A stretch of DNA of 64,000 nt, taken from NCBI GenBank assembly GCA_036231405.1, contig JAZAHK010000046.1, positions 128,001-192,000 of the forward strand, in the 5' to 3' direction. The position numbers and the translations under genes were made by a program. Origin of the DNA: Nitrospinota bacterium. GTDB lineage: Bacteria > UBA8248. The notes beneath the pieces are model-generated. The model was not told where the DNA came from. It worked only from the letters and a program-made list of their open reading frames with translations, and did not search any database. Positions 18,930-29,908 of the stretch are shown here, one piece after another. Position 1 is the first letter of the stretch. Each line of letters begins with the position of its first letter.

Positions 18930-20072
18930 TTGGATAATTTTTTTCTTATAAGAGTTGCTCCCTTGATTGAAAAACAAAGTTCTCATAAAAGAACGCATTT
19001 ATTCGATAAGCATGTTGGATTGGGTGCTAAAATTGTGCCGTTTTCGGGTTTCGAAATGCCAGTCCAATATTCAGGGATCAAATCTGAGCATCTAACGGTC
19101 AGAGAAAATGTCGGTATTTTTGATGCTAGCCATATGGGTGAATTTATTTTTGAAGGTCCTGAATCTACTAAAATGTTGAATTTCTTAGTGACAAATAACA
19201 TAGCAAAACTTCCAATAGGGCAGGTTCTATATACCCTTATCTGTAAAGAGGATGGGGGTATCTTAGATGATGTTATGGCATACAGAATTTCAGAGAATAA
19301 ATATATGCTTGTTGTGAATGCATCTAACATTGAAAAAGATTTTGATTGGGTCTCGTCGCACAATTGTTTTGATTGCGAATTAGAAAATGTAAGTGAAGAG
19401 ATGTGTTTGATTGCTCTCCAGGGTCCAAATTCAGAAATTGTTTTGGAAAAGCTTGTTCCGCAGAATCAGAATTTTTCAAAATTAGATTCTTTCCAACTTA
19501 TTGAGTGCGAGATAGATAATGCTTCTGTTTTGATTTCGAGGACAGGTTATACTGGTGAAGATGGATACGAAATATATTGTAGGAAAAATAAAGTTCATTT
19601 GATTTGGGATCAACTTCTAGAATTTGGGAAGACATTCGACATTGCCCCATGTGGTTTAGGGTCCAGGGACACTTTACGAATAGAGATGAAGTATTCTCTA
19701 TATGGAAATGAAATTGACGAATTAACGAATCCTTATGAAGCAGGTTTAGGATGGGTCGTGAAATTGAATCATTCTGATTTTATTGGCCATGACAAGTTGT
19801 CTGAAATTCGTTCGGAAGGTATTTGTAGGAAATTGGTTGGTTTTGAGATGATTGATAGAGGGATCCCAAGAAAAGGCAATAAAATTTTTTTGCGAGGAAA
19901 AGAAATTGGATATGTAACGAGCGGGACTATGAGCCCTTCGTTGAATTTACCTATAGGAATAGGGTATGTTTCAAAAGAAAATGCACTAGAAGGTGGTGAA
20001 TTGGAGGTAGATATACGTGGCAGTAATAGAAGAGGATGTATAGTAAAAACTCCCTTCTATAGAAAGAATTAA
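18930..20072 (+). CDS. gcvT: Glycine cleavage system T protein (aminomethyltransferase)
   Basis: MPVQY, FDASHMG, RTGYTGEDG, GLGSRDTLR. Exact start uncertain. Confidence 0.96.
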   Translation: MDNFFLIRVAPLIEKQSSHKRTHLFDKHVGLGAKIVPFSGFEMPVQYSGIKSEHLTVRENVGIFDASHMGEFIFEGPESTKMLNFLVTNNIAKLPIGQVLYTLICKEDGGILDDVMAYRISENKYMLVVNASNIEKDFDWVSSHNCFDCELENVSEEMCLIALQGPNSEIVLEKLVPQNQNFSKLDSFQLIECEIDNASVLISRTGYTGEDGYEIYCRKNKVHLIWDQLLEFGKTFDIAPCGLGSRDTLRIEMKYSLYGNEIDELTNPYEAGLGWVVKLNHSDFIGHDKLSEIRSEGICRKLVGFEMIDRGIPRKGNKIFLRGKEIGYVTSGTMSPSLNLPIGIGYVSKENALEGGELEVDIRGSNRRGCIVKTPFYRKN

Positions 20073-20110
20073 GATTTGAAAATTAAATTTATATTAAGGA
20101 GTATAACTAG

Positions 20111-20500
20111 ATGGAATTTCCTGAAGATTTGAAGTATTCAAAAGAGCATGAATGGGTAAGACTCGAAGGAAATATTGCAGTTATAGGAATAACTTCTCAT
20201 GCACAGGATGAACTTGGTGATGTTGTTTATGTGGAGGCTCCAGAAATTGGGTCGACTGTAGATGCAAGTGGAACGTTTGGCGTTGTAGAATCTGTAAAAG
20301 CTGTTTCTGATTTGTATTCACCAGTTTCTGGGACAGTAGTAGAAGTTAATTCTAGGCTTGAAGAAGAACCTGAATTGGTAAATTCAGATCCTTACAATAA
20401 AGCTTGGATTATTAAAGTGGAAATGTCAGATTCTAATGAGTTAGATGCTCTTTTAAATAGTGAGGAATATGCCTCCTACGTTCGTGCGGAAGGAAAATAA
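20111..20500 (+). CDS. gcvH: Glycine cleavage system H protein
   Basis: HEW and ESVKA (lipoyl-Lys) motifs. Confidence 0.98.
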   Translation: MEFPEDLKYSKEHEWVRLEGNIAVIGITSHAQDELGDVVYVEAPEIGSTVDASGTFGVVESVKAVSDLYSPVSGTVVEVNSRLEEEPELVNSDPYNKAWIIKVEMSDSNELDALLNSEEYASYVRAEGK

Positions 20501-20532
20501 ATACTGCTATCGTTTTAAAAGAGGTTATACAT

Positions 20533-23430
20533 TTGGGTTTACCTAATTCCTTTAAAGATTTAGAATTTCTAGAACAAAGAGATGAGTTTGTTAGAAGGCA
20601 TATTGGTCCTAGTGACAAAGACATCTCTAATATGCTCGAATTCCTCGGTTTTTCTGGACTTGAACAGTTAATAAATAATACGGTTCCTAATTCTATATTA
20701 GTGAAAGAACCTATTAAAATAGGGAAAAGTTGCCCAGAGGAAGAGGTGCTTTCACGCTTGCGTTTATTCGCAGGGAAAAATGTTGTTAAGCGTTCCATGA
20801 TTGGAATGGGGTATCATGATTGTATTACTCCACCAGTAATCTTAAGGAATATTCTAGAGAATCCTGCTTGGTATACTGCATACACTCCTTATCAGCCCGA
20901 AATTTCACAGGGTCGTTTGGAGGCTCTTTTAAATTTTCAGACTTTAATTTCTGATTTAACAGGTATGGATATTGCGAACTCTTCGTTGTTGGATGAAGGA
21001 ACGGCTGCAGCAGAGGCTATGACTATGATTAGGAATCTATCTAAAAACCAGAGTTCGGTTTATTATGTTTCTGATGCATGTCACCCACAAACAATCGACA
21101 TATTAAGGACTAGAGCTGAGCCGCAAGGAATCGAGGTCGTAGTTGGGAATATAGAATCATGTATTGAATGTAATCCCTTCGGTATTTTTATTCAATATCC
21201 TAGTACTACCGGAAGAATATTTGATTTTTCAGGTCTTGTTGAAAAAGTACATGAGAACGATTGTCTAGTCGCAGTTGCATCCGATCTGATGAGTTTAGTT
21301 TTATTGAAACCTCCTGGAGAATTTGGAGTTGACGTTGTTGTTGGGAGTTCGCAACGGTTTGGAGTTCCTATGGGTTTTGGTGGGCCTCATGGTGCTTTTT
21401 TTGCAACTCGGGAAAACTATAAAAGATCTATTCCTGGGCGTATTGTTGGTGTCTCCATTGATGCAAATGAAGATAGTGCCTTGAGACTTTCCCTTCAGAC
21501 TAGAGAGCAACATATTAGAAGAGAGAAAGCAACTAGTAATATTTGTACTGCTCAGGTTCTTCTTGCTGTTGTGGCTAGTATGTATGCTGTTTATCATGGA
21601 CCTGTCGGACTTAGAAGGATTGCCGAGAGGATCCATCGTTTCACTTCTATTTTGTCAAATGGTCTTGAAAGATTAAATTACAGATTAGAGAGTAACTATT
21701 TCTTTGATACGGTCGAAGTTAATGTAGATGATAGAAAAGCAATTGCCCTGATTCAGGAAGCTGAAAAAAGAGGATTTAATCTACGATTTATTTCAGATGA
21801 TAGGGTAGGTATTTCTCTAGATGAAACGACAAAGTTACAGGAGATAGAAGAACTGTTAGGAGTTTTTAGCGAAAACGGTGCAATTGATTTTGAAGTACTT
21901 GAGTGCGATAAGATTAATAATGCCAGAATTCCAAAGGAACTTTTGAGGGAGTCTTCTTACCTTACTCACACGGTTTTTAATTTGTATCATTCAGAAACCG
22001 AGATGCTGCGTTATATTTTTCGACTTCAGGAAAAAGATATTTCCCTTACAAGGTCTATGATTCCTTTAGGTTCTTGTACTATGAAATTAAATGCCACTTC
22101 TGAAATGATTCCTATCAGTTGGGAAGGGTTCAATAGAATCCATCCTTTTGCTCCTTCTAGTCAGTGTGAGGGGTACAAGGCTTTCCTAGAAGATCTCGAA
22201 AAAAAATTGTCGGAGATAACTGGTTTCTCACGAATTTCTTTTCAGCCAAATTCTGGAGCTCAAGGAGAATATGCTGGTTTGCTCGTTATTAGAAAATATC
22301 ATGAAAAGCAGGGTGAAATTAATCGTAACATTTGCCTGATTCCTAGTTCTGCACATGGGACAAATCCCGCGAGTGCTGTTATGGCCGGTTTTGAAGTTAT
22401 AGTAGTAGAATGTGATGATAGCGGTAACGTGGATTTTTCTGATCTGAAAAATAAAGCTGAATTATATTCTTCTAACTTGGGAGCCTTGATGGTTACATAT
22501 CCATCAACTCATGGGGTTTTTGAAGAAAAAATATCGGATATCTGCAAAGTTGTGCATGCAAATGGTGGGCAAGTGTATATGGATGGTGCGAATCTAAATG
22601 CACTTGTAGGATTATGTCGTCCTGGAGATTTTGGCCCGGATGTTGCTCATATGAATTTACACAAGACTTTTTGTATCCCTCATGGAGGTGGCGGTCCAGG
22701 AATGGGTCCAATTGGTGTGGCTGAACATCTCCTTCCTTTTATACCTAGTCATTTTACTGAAGAGAGTCATTCTTCAATAGACAGAGGTTATACCGTGTCT
22801 TCTGCACCTTGGGGCAGTGCAGGTATTTTACCAATTTCGTGGGCTTATATTGAAATGATGGGCGGACTTGGTCTTAAAAAAGCTTCTCAAGTTGCAATAC
22901 TGAACGCTAACTATATTTCAAAAAAACTTGAAGGTCATTATGAGGTTCTCTATAAGGGTTTAAAAGAAATGGTTGCACACGAATGTATTATAGATTTAAG
23001 AAGTATAGAGGCACGGTCAGGAGTGACCGTTGAAGATGTTGCTAAACGCTTAATTGACTTTGGTTTTCATGCTCCCACAATGTCTTTCCCTGTTCCTGGA
23101 ACTTTAATGATTGAACCTACTGAGAGTGAATCAAAGGAAGAGCTAGACAGATTTTGTGAGGCTATGATAGAGATTCGTAAAGAGATAACTGAAGTAGAAA
23201 ATGGTTCTTCTGATAAATTGCAAAATATTCTAAAAAATGCGCCTCATACATCCAGAGATGTTTCAGCGGAGATTTGGACTTATTCTTATTCAAGGGAGAA
23301 AGCTGTTTTCCCTTTGCCATGGATAAAAGAGAATAAATATTGGCCTCCTGTGAAACGTGTTAATAATCCCTATGGAGATAGGAATCTTATTTGTTCTTGT
23401 CAACCAATTGAAAACTTCCATGAAAGTTAA
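20533..23430 (+). CDS. gcvP: Glycine dehydrogenase (decarboxylating), single-chain P protein
   Basis: [23 protein letters not shown]-lysine, [14 protein letters not shown]. Confidence 0.98.
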   Translation: MGLPNSFKDLEFLEQRDEFVRRHIGPSDKDISNMLEFLGFSGLEQLINNTVPNSILVKEPIKIGKSCPEEEVLSRLRLFAGKNVVKRSMIGMGYHDCITPPVILRNILENPAWYTAYTPYQPEISQGRLEALLNFQTLISDLTGMDIANSSLLDEGTAAAEAMTMIRNLSKNQSSVYYVSDACHPQTIDILRTRAEPQGIEVVVGNIESCIECNPFGIFIQYPSTTGRIFDFSGLVEKVHENDCLVAVASDLMSLVLLKPPGEFGVDVVVGSSQRFGVPMGFGGPHGAFFATRENYKRSIPGRIVGVSIDANEDSALRLSLQTREQHIRREKATSNICTAQVLLAVVASMYAVYHGPVGLRRIAERIHRFTSILSNGLERLNYRLESNYFFDTVEVNVDDRKAIALIQEAEKRGFNLRFISDDRVGISLDETTKLQEIEELLGVFSENGAIDFEVLECDKINNARIPKELLRESSYLTHTVFNLYHSETEMLRYIFRLQEKDISLTRSMIPLGSCTMKLNATSEMIPISWEGFNRIHPFAPSSQCEGYKAFLEDLEKKLSEITGFSRISFQPNSGAQGEYAGLLVIRKYHEKQGEINRNICLIPSSAHGTNPASAVMAGFEVIVVECDDSGNVDFSDLKNKAELYSSNLGALMVTYPSTHGVFEEKISDICKVVHANGGQVYMDGANLNALVGLCRPGDFGPDVAHMNLHKTFCIPHGGGGPGMGPIGVAEHLLPFIPSHFTEESHSSIDRGYTVSSAPWGSAGILPISWAYIEMMGGLGLKKASQVAILNANYISKKLEGHYEVLYKGLKEMVAHECIIDLRSIEARSGVTVEDVAKRLIDFGFHAPTMSFPVPGTLMIEPTESESKEELDRFCEAMIEIRKEITEVENGSSDKLQNILKNAPHTSRDVSAEIWTYSYSREKAVFPLPWIKENKYWPPVKRVNNPYGDRNLICSCQPIENFHES

Positions 23431-23440
23431 GGAGAACTAA

Positions 23441-24262
23441 TTGGGGCAATTTTCCGGACAATTTTTTAATACTGGATTCCAAACAGGTGCTTGGAACATG
23501 GCTATAGATGAAGTATTGTTTCAAAATTGCAAGCAAAAATTTAATCAAAGAAAAAATGAAGACTTCCCTACTCCTATTTTTCTCAGGGTTTATGGATGGA
23601 GCAAACCAACTATTACTGTTGGTAGGTTTCAATCTATAAACAGAGATTTTGATTTAGAAAAATCTCTAGCACAAGGTTTGGATATTTGCAGACGTATTAG
23701 CGGTGGTAGAGCAGTTCTCCACGATTGTGAGTTAACGTATTCAATAACAGGCACTTCGGATCTTTTGGGTAAAAAAATTTCAGAAACCTACGAGAAAATT
23801 AGTTACGGAATAAAATTTGCTTTGGATAAACTTGGGATTGAATCTGATTTTGTTCTGCCTGAAAAAAAAGTATATTCCTCGAACCCTTCTTGTTTTGCAA
23901 CCTATTCTGTTAGGGAAATTTTATGCCAAGGGTATAAAATTTCTGGAAGTGCACAATATAGGGAAGGAGATGCGATAATCCAACATGGGAATATCCTCTT
24001 TAGGTCGGCCGAAAAAAAATTGTTAGAAGTTTTTAAGTTTAGAAAAAGTGAAAATTTTACAAAAAAAAATGGAATTGGTATTTTCGATATTCTCGGTATT
24101 GATCTCAAATTTGATACTGTTGCGGAGGAATTAAAAAGAGCCTTTGAAAAAGTTTTGGACATTAACTTGAATAGGTCTTGTTTGAGAGACGAAGATATAG
24201 AAAATACTCATAAATTGGTGAAAAAGAAATATACCGACTTGTCATGGAATAAGGCGTCATGA
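23441..24262 (+). CDS. Lipoate-protein ligase / octanoyltransferase (LplA/LipM-like)
   Basis: NMAIDE, RRISGGRAVLH, KISGSAQ, QHG; follows gcvTHP. Confidence 0.9.
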   Translation: MGQFSGQFFNTGFQTGAWNMAIDEVLFQNCKQKFNQRKNEDFPTPIFLRVYGWSKPTITVGRFQSINRDFDLEKSLAQGLDICRRISGGRAVLHDCELTYSITGTSDLLGKKISETYEKISYGIKFALDKLGIESDFVLPEKKVYSSNPSCFATYSVREILCQGYKISGSAQYREGDAIIQHGNILFRSAEKKLLEVFKFRKSENFTKKNGIGIFDILGIDLKFDTVAEELKRAFEKVLDINLNRSCLRDEDIENTHKLVKKKYTDLSWNKAS

Positions 24263-24368
24263 GTTTATGAAGTGAAATTTTAGTTTCTTTGCTCTAATTT
24301 CGATTAAATATTTTAGTTTTTCTGAACTTTCTAACATGATAGTACTTTCTAGTTATTTTTAAATTTTT

Positions 24369-25253
24369 ATGGAGTTATTTTTGAAATATTCCTCTAGAAA
24401 TGATCTTGAATCTCTTAGTATGTATTCAGAAAATTTATTGGCTGTAGATTTTCATGTTCACTCAAATGCATCTGATGGACAACTCCAGCCAAAAGAGGTT
24501 GTTAAATATGCTAAAGAAAAAAATATTGTAGCTTTATCTCTCACTGATCATGACACTGTAGCAGGTTTACAAGAAGCAAGAGTTGAAGCAAGTAAAAATG
24601 ATATATTTCTATTCGATGGGATCGAAGTGTCAGCTTCATATGACGGAAAAATATTTCATTTATTGGGACATTTTATAGACCCAGACTCGATCGAAATTAA
24701 ATCTTTGGTTGAGAGACACGGTCTTTCTAGAAAAACTAGGATGTCTGAGATGATTGATAGATTAATAAACTTAGGTATTGCTGTAGATAAGGATGAGTTC
24801 AATAATATCTTTGGAAATGTATCGAGTATTACTCGTGGTCAGCTTTGTAATTACCTTTTGGAGAAAGCGTTAGTTTCTAGTACAGAAGAGGTTTTTAATA
24901 AATATATAGGGGATGGATGTCCAGCATATGTTGAACTGGATTGTATTTCTCCAGAGAAAGCTATAGAGACGATTGTTCAGTCTGGTGGAGTTGCAACCTT
25001 GGCACATCCAAATTTGACCGAAAGCGATGATTTTATTGGGAAATTGGTGGATGCTGGATTGTCTGGTATAGAAACCGATCATCCATCTCAGAGTAAACTT
25101 GATTCTACTCATTACAAAAAAATTGCGGAATATTATTCTTTATTGCAAATGGGTGGTTCTGATTGTCATGGAGATAGATTGAAGGGTCTTAAGATAGGAA
25201 GTCATCTTCAAAGAATTGGTCTGATTTATGAACTTTCTGATAGGTGTCATTAA
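24369..25253 (+). CDS. PHP-domain phosphoesterase (TrpH/YciV-like)
   Basis: DFHVHSNASDG, TDHD, LAHP, GSDCHG. Confidence 0.92.
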   Translation: MELFLKYSSRNDLESLSMYSENLLAVDFHVHSNASDGQLQPKEVVKYAKEKNIVALSLTDHDTVAGLQEARVEASKNDIFLFDGIEVSASYDGKIFHLLGHFIDPDSIEIKSLVERHGLSRKTRMSEMIDRLINLGIAVDKDEFNNIFGNVSSITRGQLCNYLLEKALVSSTEEVFNKYIGDGCPAYVELDCISPEKAIETIVQSGGVATLAHPNLTESDDFIGKLVDAGLSGIETDHPSQSKLDSTHYKKIAEYYSLLQMGGSDCHGDRLKGLKIGSHLQRIGLIYELSDRCH

Positions 25254-25377
25254 ATTCGTTCAAATTAAAATATGAGTGTTTTGAGAGAATTTAAAGCTAG
25301 GGTAGAATGTATAAATTAGCTTGCGGTACACACTGATCGTTTTTGGTCTAATTTATTTCCCTTGCTAGAGGGTTTTC

Positions 25378-25659
25378 GTGCGATTAAGAAAAGAAATGAT
25401 AGAAAGAATTTCAGATAGAATCGTAATGCGTCTCCTAGGTAAGGATCTTATTTCACCCGATCTGAAGATTGACGTCTTGAAAACTAGGATGTCAAACGTT
25501 ATAGAAGAGGATTTACTTGTAGAAGATCGTTTGAATGAAGAAGTAAAAGAAATTTTGTATGATTTCCAGAATGAAATGGATGAGGGTAAAGTTGACTATA
25601 GCCGAATGTTCTCTATGGTTAAAACAAGAATTGCTAGAGAACGTAATTTAATTTTATAG
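25378..25659 (+). CDS. DUF507 family protein (copy 1)
   Basis: MRL start, EDRLNEEVKEIL, MFSMVK...ARER. Confidence 0.8.
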   Translation: MRLRKEMIERISDRIVMRLLGKDLISPDLKIDVLKTRMSNVIEEDLLVEDRLNEEVKEILYDFQNEMDEGKVDYSRMFSMVKTRIARERNLIL

Positions 25660-25675
25660 AGCCAGGATCTTTTAA

Positions 25676-25951
25676 ATGCGTTTAGGTAGAGATAAAATTA
25701 ATCATATTACAAATATTTTAGTAGAAGATCTAAAAGAAAATTCTGACGTGGAGTTTTTGGTAGAGGATGGTGAGATTCGTGCTAATGTGCAGCGTTCCAT
25801 CTTTAATGAACTTATGTTGGATGATGAAATAGACGAAGAAGTTAGAAGGACTCTAAGCTCTTATTCGAGTCGTTTGCTTGAAGGAAGTCGTGAATGGGAA
25901 ATCTTATATTGGAAACATTATGAACAGGAAAGTAATCGTCGTGGGTTATAA
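25676..25951 (+). CDS. DUF507 family protein (copy 2)
   Basis: MRLGRDKI, IDEEVRRTL, EGSREWEILY. Confidence 0.8.
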   Translation: MRLGRDKINHITNILVEDLKENSDVEFLVEDGEIRANVQRSIFNELMLDDEIDEEVRRTLSSYSSRLLEGSREWEILYWKHYEQESNRRGL

Positions 25952-25984
25952 AATCCTTTTAATGCAAGTTCTTATTCTTTCTTA

Positions 25985-26596
25985 ATGGCAAATTTTATTT
26001 CTGTAGGTTTAACAGGTGGGATTGCTTCCGGGAAGTCAACTGTTGCCGAAATGTTTGAATCAGAAGGTATTCCTGTGTTAGATGCTGATAAAATTGCTCG
26101 CGATCTAGTTTGTATTGGATCCCAAGCTTTCTCTGAAATAGTGAATGAATTTGGAAAACGGGTGTTGGATCCTACTGGTTCATTGGATAGATCTGTATTG
26201 GGAGAAATTATTTTTTCAGATGCAGGCGAAAGAGAGAAATTGAATCAAATTATGCATCCAAAAATACAGCGAGAACAAAAAAATTGGCTTGAAAAAATTA
26301 GAAAAGACGGAAAATTTAAGATTGGGGTGGTAGAAGCTGCCTTGATGATTGAGTCAGGTGGGTATAAGAATTTTGAATTTTTAGTTGTAGTTAAATGTAG
26401 TGAAAAAGATCAATTCGATCGCTTGGAGAAAAGAGATAATTTTTCTAAGGCAAGTATTAGAGCAAGATTGGAATCTCAGATGCCCATGATTGAGAAAACA
26501 GAATATGCGGATTGGGTGTTAGATAATTCACGTGATTTGAATTTTTTAAAGTCGCAGGTTTTTGTTCTTGTCAGTAAATTGTTTTCTATGGTGTAA
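25985..26596 (+). CDS. coaE: Dephospho-CoA kinase
   Basis: GLTGGIASGKST, DAD, HP, SQMP. Confidence 0.96.
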   Translation: MANFISVGLTGGIASGKSTVAEMFESEGIPVLDADKIARDLVCIGSQAFSEIVNEFGKRVLDPTGSLDRSVLGEIIFSDAGEREKLNQIMHPKIQREQKNWLEKIRKDGKFKIGVVEAALMIESGGYKNFEFLVVVKCSEKDQFDRLEKRDNFSKASIRARLESQMPMIEKTEYADWVLDNSRDLNFLKSQVFVLVSKLFSMV

Positions 26597-26604
26597 TTAC
26601 AATG

Positions 26605-26633
26605 TTGACAACAATTTTTAATTTTGATAGCTT
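26605..26633 (+). promoter_or_regulatory. Sigma70-type promoter of rho
   Basis: TTGACA-N17-TAGCTT with an extended -10 TG, about 280 nt upstream of rho. Confidence 0.6.
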
Positions 26634-26914
26634 CACAAATATTATAAGTATCAGGTTGATTTAATGATTTTTGTCCATTGCGCCCTGTTACTCCTTTTCA
26701 TTTTGCTGAGTCAAATTTTTCCTAAGGGTCCTGCCTTTATTTTCACTTAAGTTTATGGGGTTTTTTAGGTTGTTCTGAATTCTCTGAATTAGGGGATTAT
26801 ACTAGTAGGGATTTGAGCCCTGTTTTTATCTTAGGTTTCTAAATAGGCCAATGTTATTTATTTCATTAATTTTTCTAAAACAGTTGTTTAATTAAAAAAG
26901 GGAGATGATATTTA

Positions 26915-28216
26915 ATGCAACCAGCAACAAAAGAACCGGCTTCAAAAAAACAAAGAGTACTGCATCTTGCAGAGTTGAAAAGAAAGACTATCATGGAGTT
27001 GAATGGTATCCTGAAAGAATTAGGGGTAGATGGATCAAGCGGATTAAGAAAGCAGGATCTGATCTTTAAAATCTTAGAAGCCCAATCTGAAGAAAATAGG
27101 GATGGAGGGAAGATTACAGGAGAAGGTGTTCTAGAAATTCTTCCTGACGGTTTTGGTTTCCTCCGGTCTCCCTCTTATAACTATCTTCCTGGACCAGATG
27201 ATATTTATGTTTCTCCTAGTCAGATTCGCCGGTTCGATCTTAGGACTGGAGATTCTATTACAGGAGAGATTCGTCAGCCAAAGGAGGGAGAGCGTTATTT
27301 CGCACTTCTAAGAGTTGAAGAAGTGAATTTTGATTCATCAGAATCTCAAACCCAGAAAATTTTGTTTGACAACTTAACCCCGTTATATCCAGATAGAAGG
27401 GCAGTTCTTGAGGTGTCTGGAGGGTCAATCAACTCTAGAATTATGGATTTGATGACCCCAATTGGTTTTGGACAACGTGGTTTGATCGTTGCTGCTCCAA
27501 GAACTGGTAAAACTATGATGTTACAATCAATAGCAAAGAGCATAGCGGATAACTATCCTGATGTTCACCTTATGGTTTTGTTAATTGATGAAAGGCCTGA
27601 AGAGGTGACCGATATGGAAAGGTCTGTCAGAGGGGAAGTTATTAGTTCGACTTTTGATGAGCCTGCTTCTCGTCATGTTCAGGTTGCCGACATGGTCATC
27701 GAAAAGGCAAAACGACTTGTAGAGCATAAAAAGGACGTCGTTATCTTACTTGACTCGATTACGAGACTTGCTAGGGCACACAATACGATTATATCTCCGA
27801 GCGGAAAAGTACTCTCAGGTGGAGTTGATTCTAACGCTTTACAAAGGCCGAAACGTTTCTTCGGAGCTGCCAGGAATTTGGAAGAAGGTGGGAGTCTTAC
27901 TATTTTGGCTACTGCTTTGGTGGAAACAGGAAGCAGGATGGATGATGTTATCTTTGAGGAATTTAAAGGAACAGGAAACATGGAGATTCATCTAGATAGG
28001 AAACTTTCCGACAAGAGAGTTTTCCCTGCAGTTGATATCAATAAATCGGGGACTCGTAAAGAAGAATTGTTATTGAATCAGTCTGAACTTAGTCGTGTTT
28101 GGGTGCTAAGGAAGGTCTTGCAACCACTTGGAGTTATTGATTCTATGGAATTACTTCTAGAGAAGATGCAAGAAACAAAAACTAATGAAGAGTTTCTTTC
28201 AACCATGAATAATTAA
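26915..28216 (+). CDS. rho: Transcription termination factor Rho
   Basis: [38 protein letters not shown]. Confidence 0.99.
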   Translation: MQPATKEPASKKQRVLHLAELKRKTIMELNGILKELGVDGSSGLRKQDLIFKILEAQSEENRDGGKITGEGVLEILPDGFGFLRSPSYNYLPGPDDIYVSPSQIRRFDLRTGDSITGEIRQPKEGERYFALLRVEEVNFDSSESQTQKILFDNLTPLYPDRRAVLEVSGGSINSRIMDLMTPIGFGQRGLIVAAPRTGKTMMLQSIAKSIADNYPDVHLMVLLIDERPEEVTDMERSVRGEVISSTFDEPASRHVQVADMVIEKAKRLVEHKKDVVILLDSITRLARAHNTIISPSGKVLSGGVDSNALQRPKRFFGAARNLEEGGSLTILATALVETGSRMDDVIFEEFKGTGNMEIHLDRKLSDKRVFPAVDINKSGTRKEELLLNQSELSRVWVLRKVLQPLGVIDSMELLLEKMQETKTNEEFLSTMNN

Positions 28217-28242
28217 TTTTTCAACTTTTACAAACTTTTTGC

Positions 28243-28272
28243 TAGACAAATCGCTTTAAATTTCGTTATAAC
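28243..28272 (+). promoter_or_regulatory. Candidate sigma70 promoter of rpmE
   Basis: TAGACA-N18-TATAAC about 40 nt upstream of the GTG. Confidence 0.45.
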
Positions 28273-28313
28273 GCGATCTCTTTTCTGGTTTTATTTTTTT
28301 GAGGATTTAACGC

Positions 28314-28694
28314 GTGAAGTCGGAAATACATCCTGAAGTTTTCGAAACTAAGGTTTCTTGTAGTGGTTGTGGTGTTGAGTTCGTTACTTCTTCCACAATA
28401 TCAGAAATGAGAGTCGAAGTTTGTTCTGAATGTCATCCATTTTTTACTGGAAAACAGGCTAGAATTGTTGACTCTGAAGGAAGGGTTGAGAAGTTTATTA
28501 AAAAATTTGAAGGAAAAAGTGCCAGGGTTTCTAAGAGAAAAAGAAGGCAAGAAACTGCTGCTACCGAACGCATGGTAGTGGAAAAAGAAGCAAAGGAAAA
28601 AAAAGCAAAAGATTCAGAAAAAAAGGATTTAGCTAATCAGGAAGAAAAAGCTCAAGAAGGTAGTTCTGAAGAAAGCGTTTCAAGTTCTCAATAA
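28314..28694 (+). CDS. rpmE: 50S ribosomal protein L31 (Zn-binding type, C-terminally extended)
   Basis: [27 protein letters not shown]. Confidence 0.96.
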   Translation: MKSEIHPEVFETKVSCSGCGVEFVTSSTISEMRVEVCSECHPFFTGKQARIVDSEGRVEKFIKKFEGKSARVSKRKRRQETAATERMVVEKEAKEKKAKDSEKKDLANQEEKAQEGSSEESVSSSQ

Positions 28695-28812
28695 CCCTCG
28701 GTTTGAAAAATAAATTCTTGAAATGAATTAATTTTTCTCAGCAATTCCTTTTTCAATTATCTGTTTTTAGTAAATTCCCACAGTTTCCTAATTATTTTGG
28801 AGTTCAGTAAGA

Positions 28813-29889
28813 ATGTTCGAGAAATTTGAAAAAATTGTCGGAAGATTCAACGAGTTAGAGAATCAACTTGTGAGTCCCAACGTCACACGTGATAGAAATA
28901 ATTTTGAAAAAATAGCACGTGAACATAAGGAATTGGCCGAGATTGTAAAAACTTTTCATGATTGGGAAAAATTAAAAAAGAAAAAAGATGAAGCTGAAGT
29001 TTTATTAAGTGAAACCGATTCTGAAATACAAAAACTTGCTTTAGAAGAGGTTGAGGAAGTAAATTCTAAAATTGAAGCAATTGAATTAGTTTTAAAGAGA
29101 TTGCTTTTACCTAAAGATCCAAACGATGAAAAAAATGTAATTTTAGAAGTGAGAGCTGGGACAGGTGGTCTTGAGGCAGCTCTTTTCGCAGGGGATTTGT
29201 ATAGGATGTATATAAGGTATGCTGAATTTAAAAAATGGTCTATCGAAGAACTTTCTCGAAGTGAGAATAACCTTGGCGGAATTAAAGAGGGAGTGATTTT
29301 AATAAAAGGTACTGGTGTATACAGTCGTCTTCGTTTTGAAAGTGGAACTCATAGAGTTCAGCGTGTGCCTGTCACGGAAACTTCTGGAAGGATACATACG
29401 TCAGCGGCCACTGTTGCGGTGCTTCCTGAAGCTGATGAAGTGACATTAAATATTCAAGACAAGGATATTCGAGTAGATGTGTATAGATCATCAGGCCCAG
29501 GTGGTCAAAGCGTGAATACTACTGATTCTGCTGTCAGGATAACTCATCTAGAAAGCGGACTTGTTGTTACATGTCAAGATGAAAAGAGCCAGCATAAGAA
29601 TCGTGCAAAAGCAATGAAGATTCTTTCGGCACATTTGCTTGACTTGGAGATTCAAAAACAAAATGCAGAAATATCTTCTCAAAGGAAAAATCAAGTAGGT
29701 TCTGGTGATAGAAGTGAGAGGATAAGAACTTATAATTTCCCTCAAGATAGAGTTACAGATCACCGTATTGGAGAGACAAAGCACGGGGTCATGAATTTCA
29801 TTGAAGGCCAAATAGATGAAATGGTTGACAGCATTGTTTCTGGTTTTGAGGCTGAACGTCTAGCTGAATTTGAAGAAAATAGTGTTTGA
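28813..29889 (+). CDS. prfA: Peptide chain release factor 1
   Basis: PVT anticodon-mimic motif, GGQ, RTYNFPQ. Confidence 0.98.
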   Translation: MFEKFEKIVGRFNELENQLVSPNVTRDRNNFEKIAREHKELAEIVKTFHDWEKLKKKKDEAEVLLSETDSEIQKLALEEVEEVNSKIEAIELVLKRLLLPKDPNDEKNVILEVRAGTGGLEAALFAGDLYRMYIRYAEFKKWSIEELSRSENNLGGIKEGVILIKGTGVYSRLRFESGTHRVQRVPVTETSGRIHTSAATVAVLPEADEVTLNIQDKDIRVDVYRSSGPGGQSVNTTDSAVRITHLESGLVVTCQDEKSQHKNRAKAMKILSAHLLDLEIQKQNAEISSQRKNQVGSGDRSERIRTYNFPQDRVTDHRIGETKHGVMNFIEGQIDEMVDSIVSGFEAERLAEFEENSV

Positions 29890-29908
29890 AAATAATAAAG
29901 TGTAAATT

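Noticed and set aside
18839-18960. Glycine riboswitch upstream of gcvT
   Set aside because: The region is short and AT-rich, and I could not find the conserved aptamer motifs or stems.
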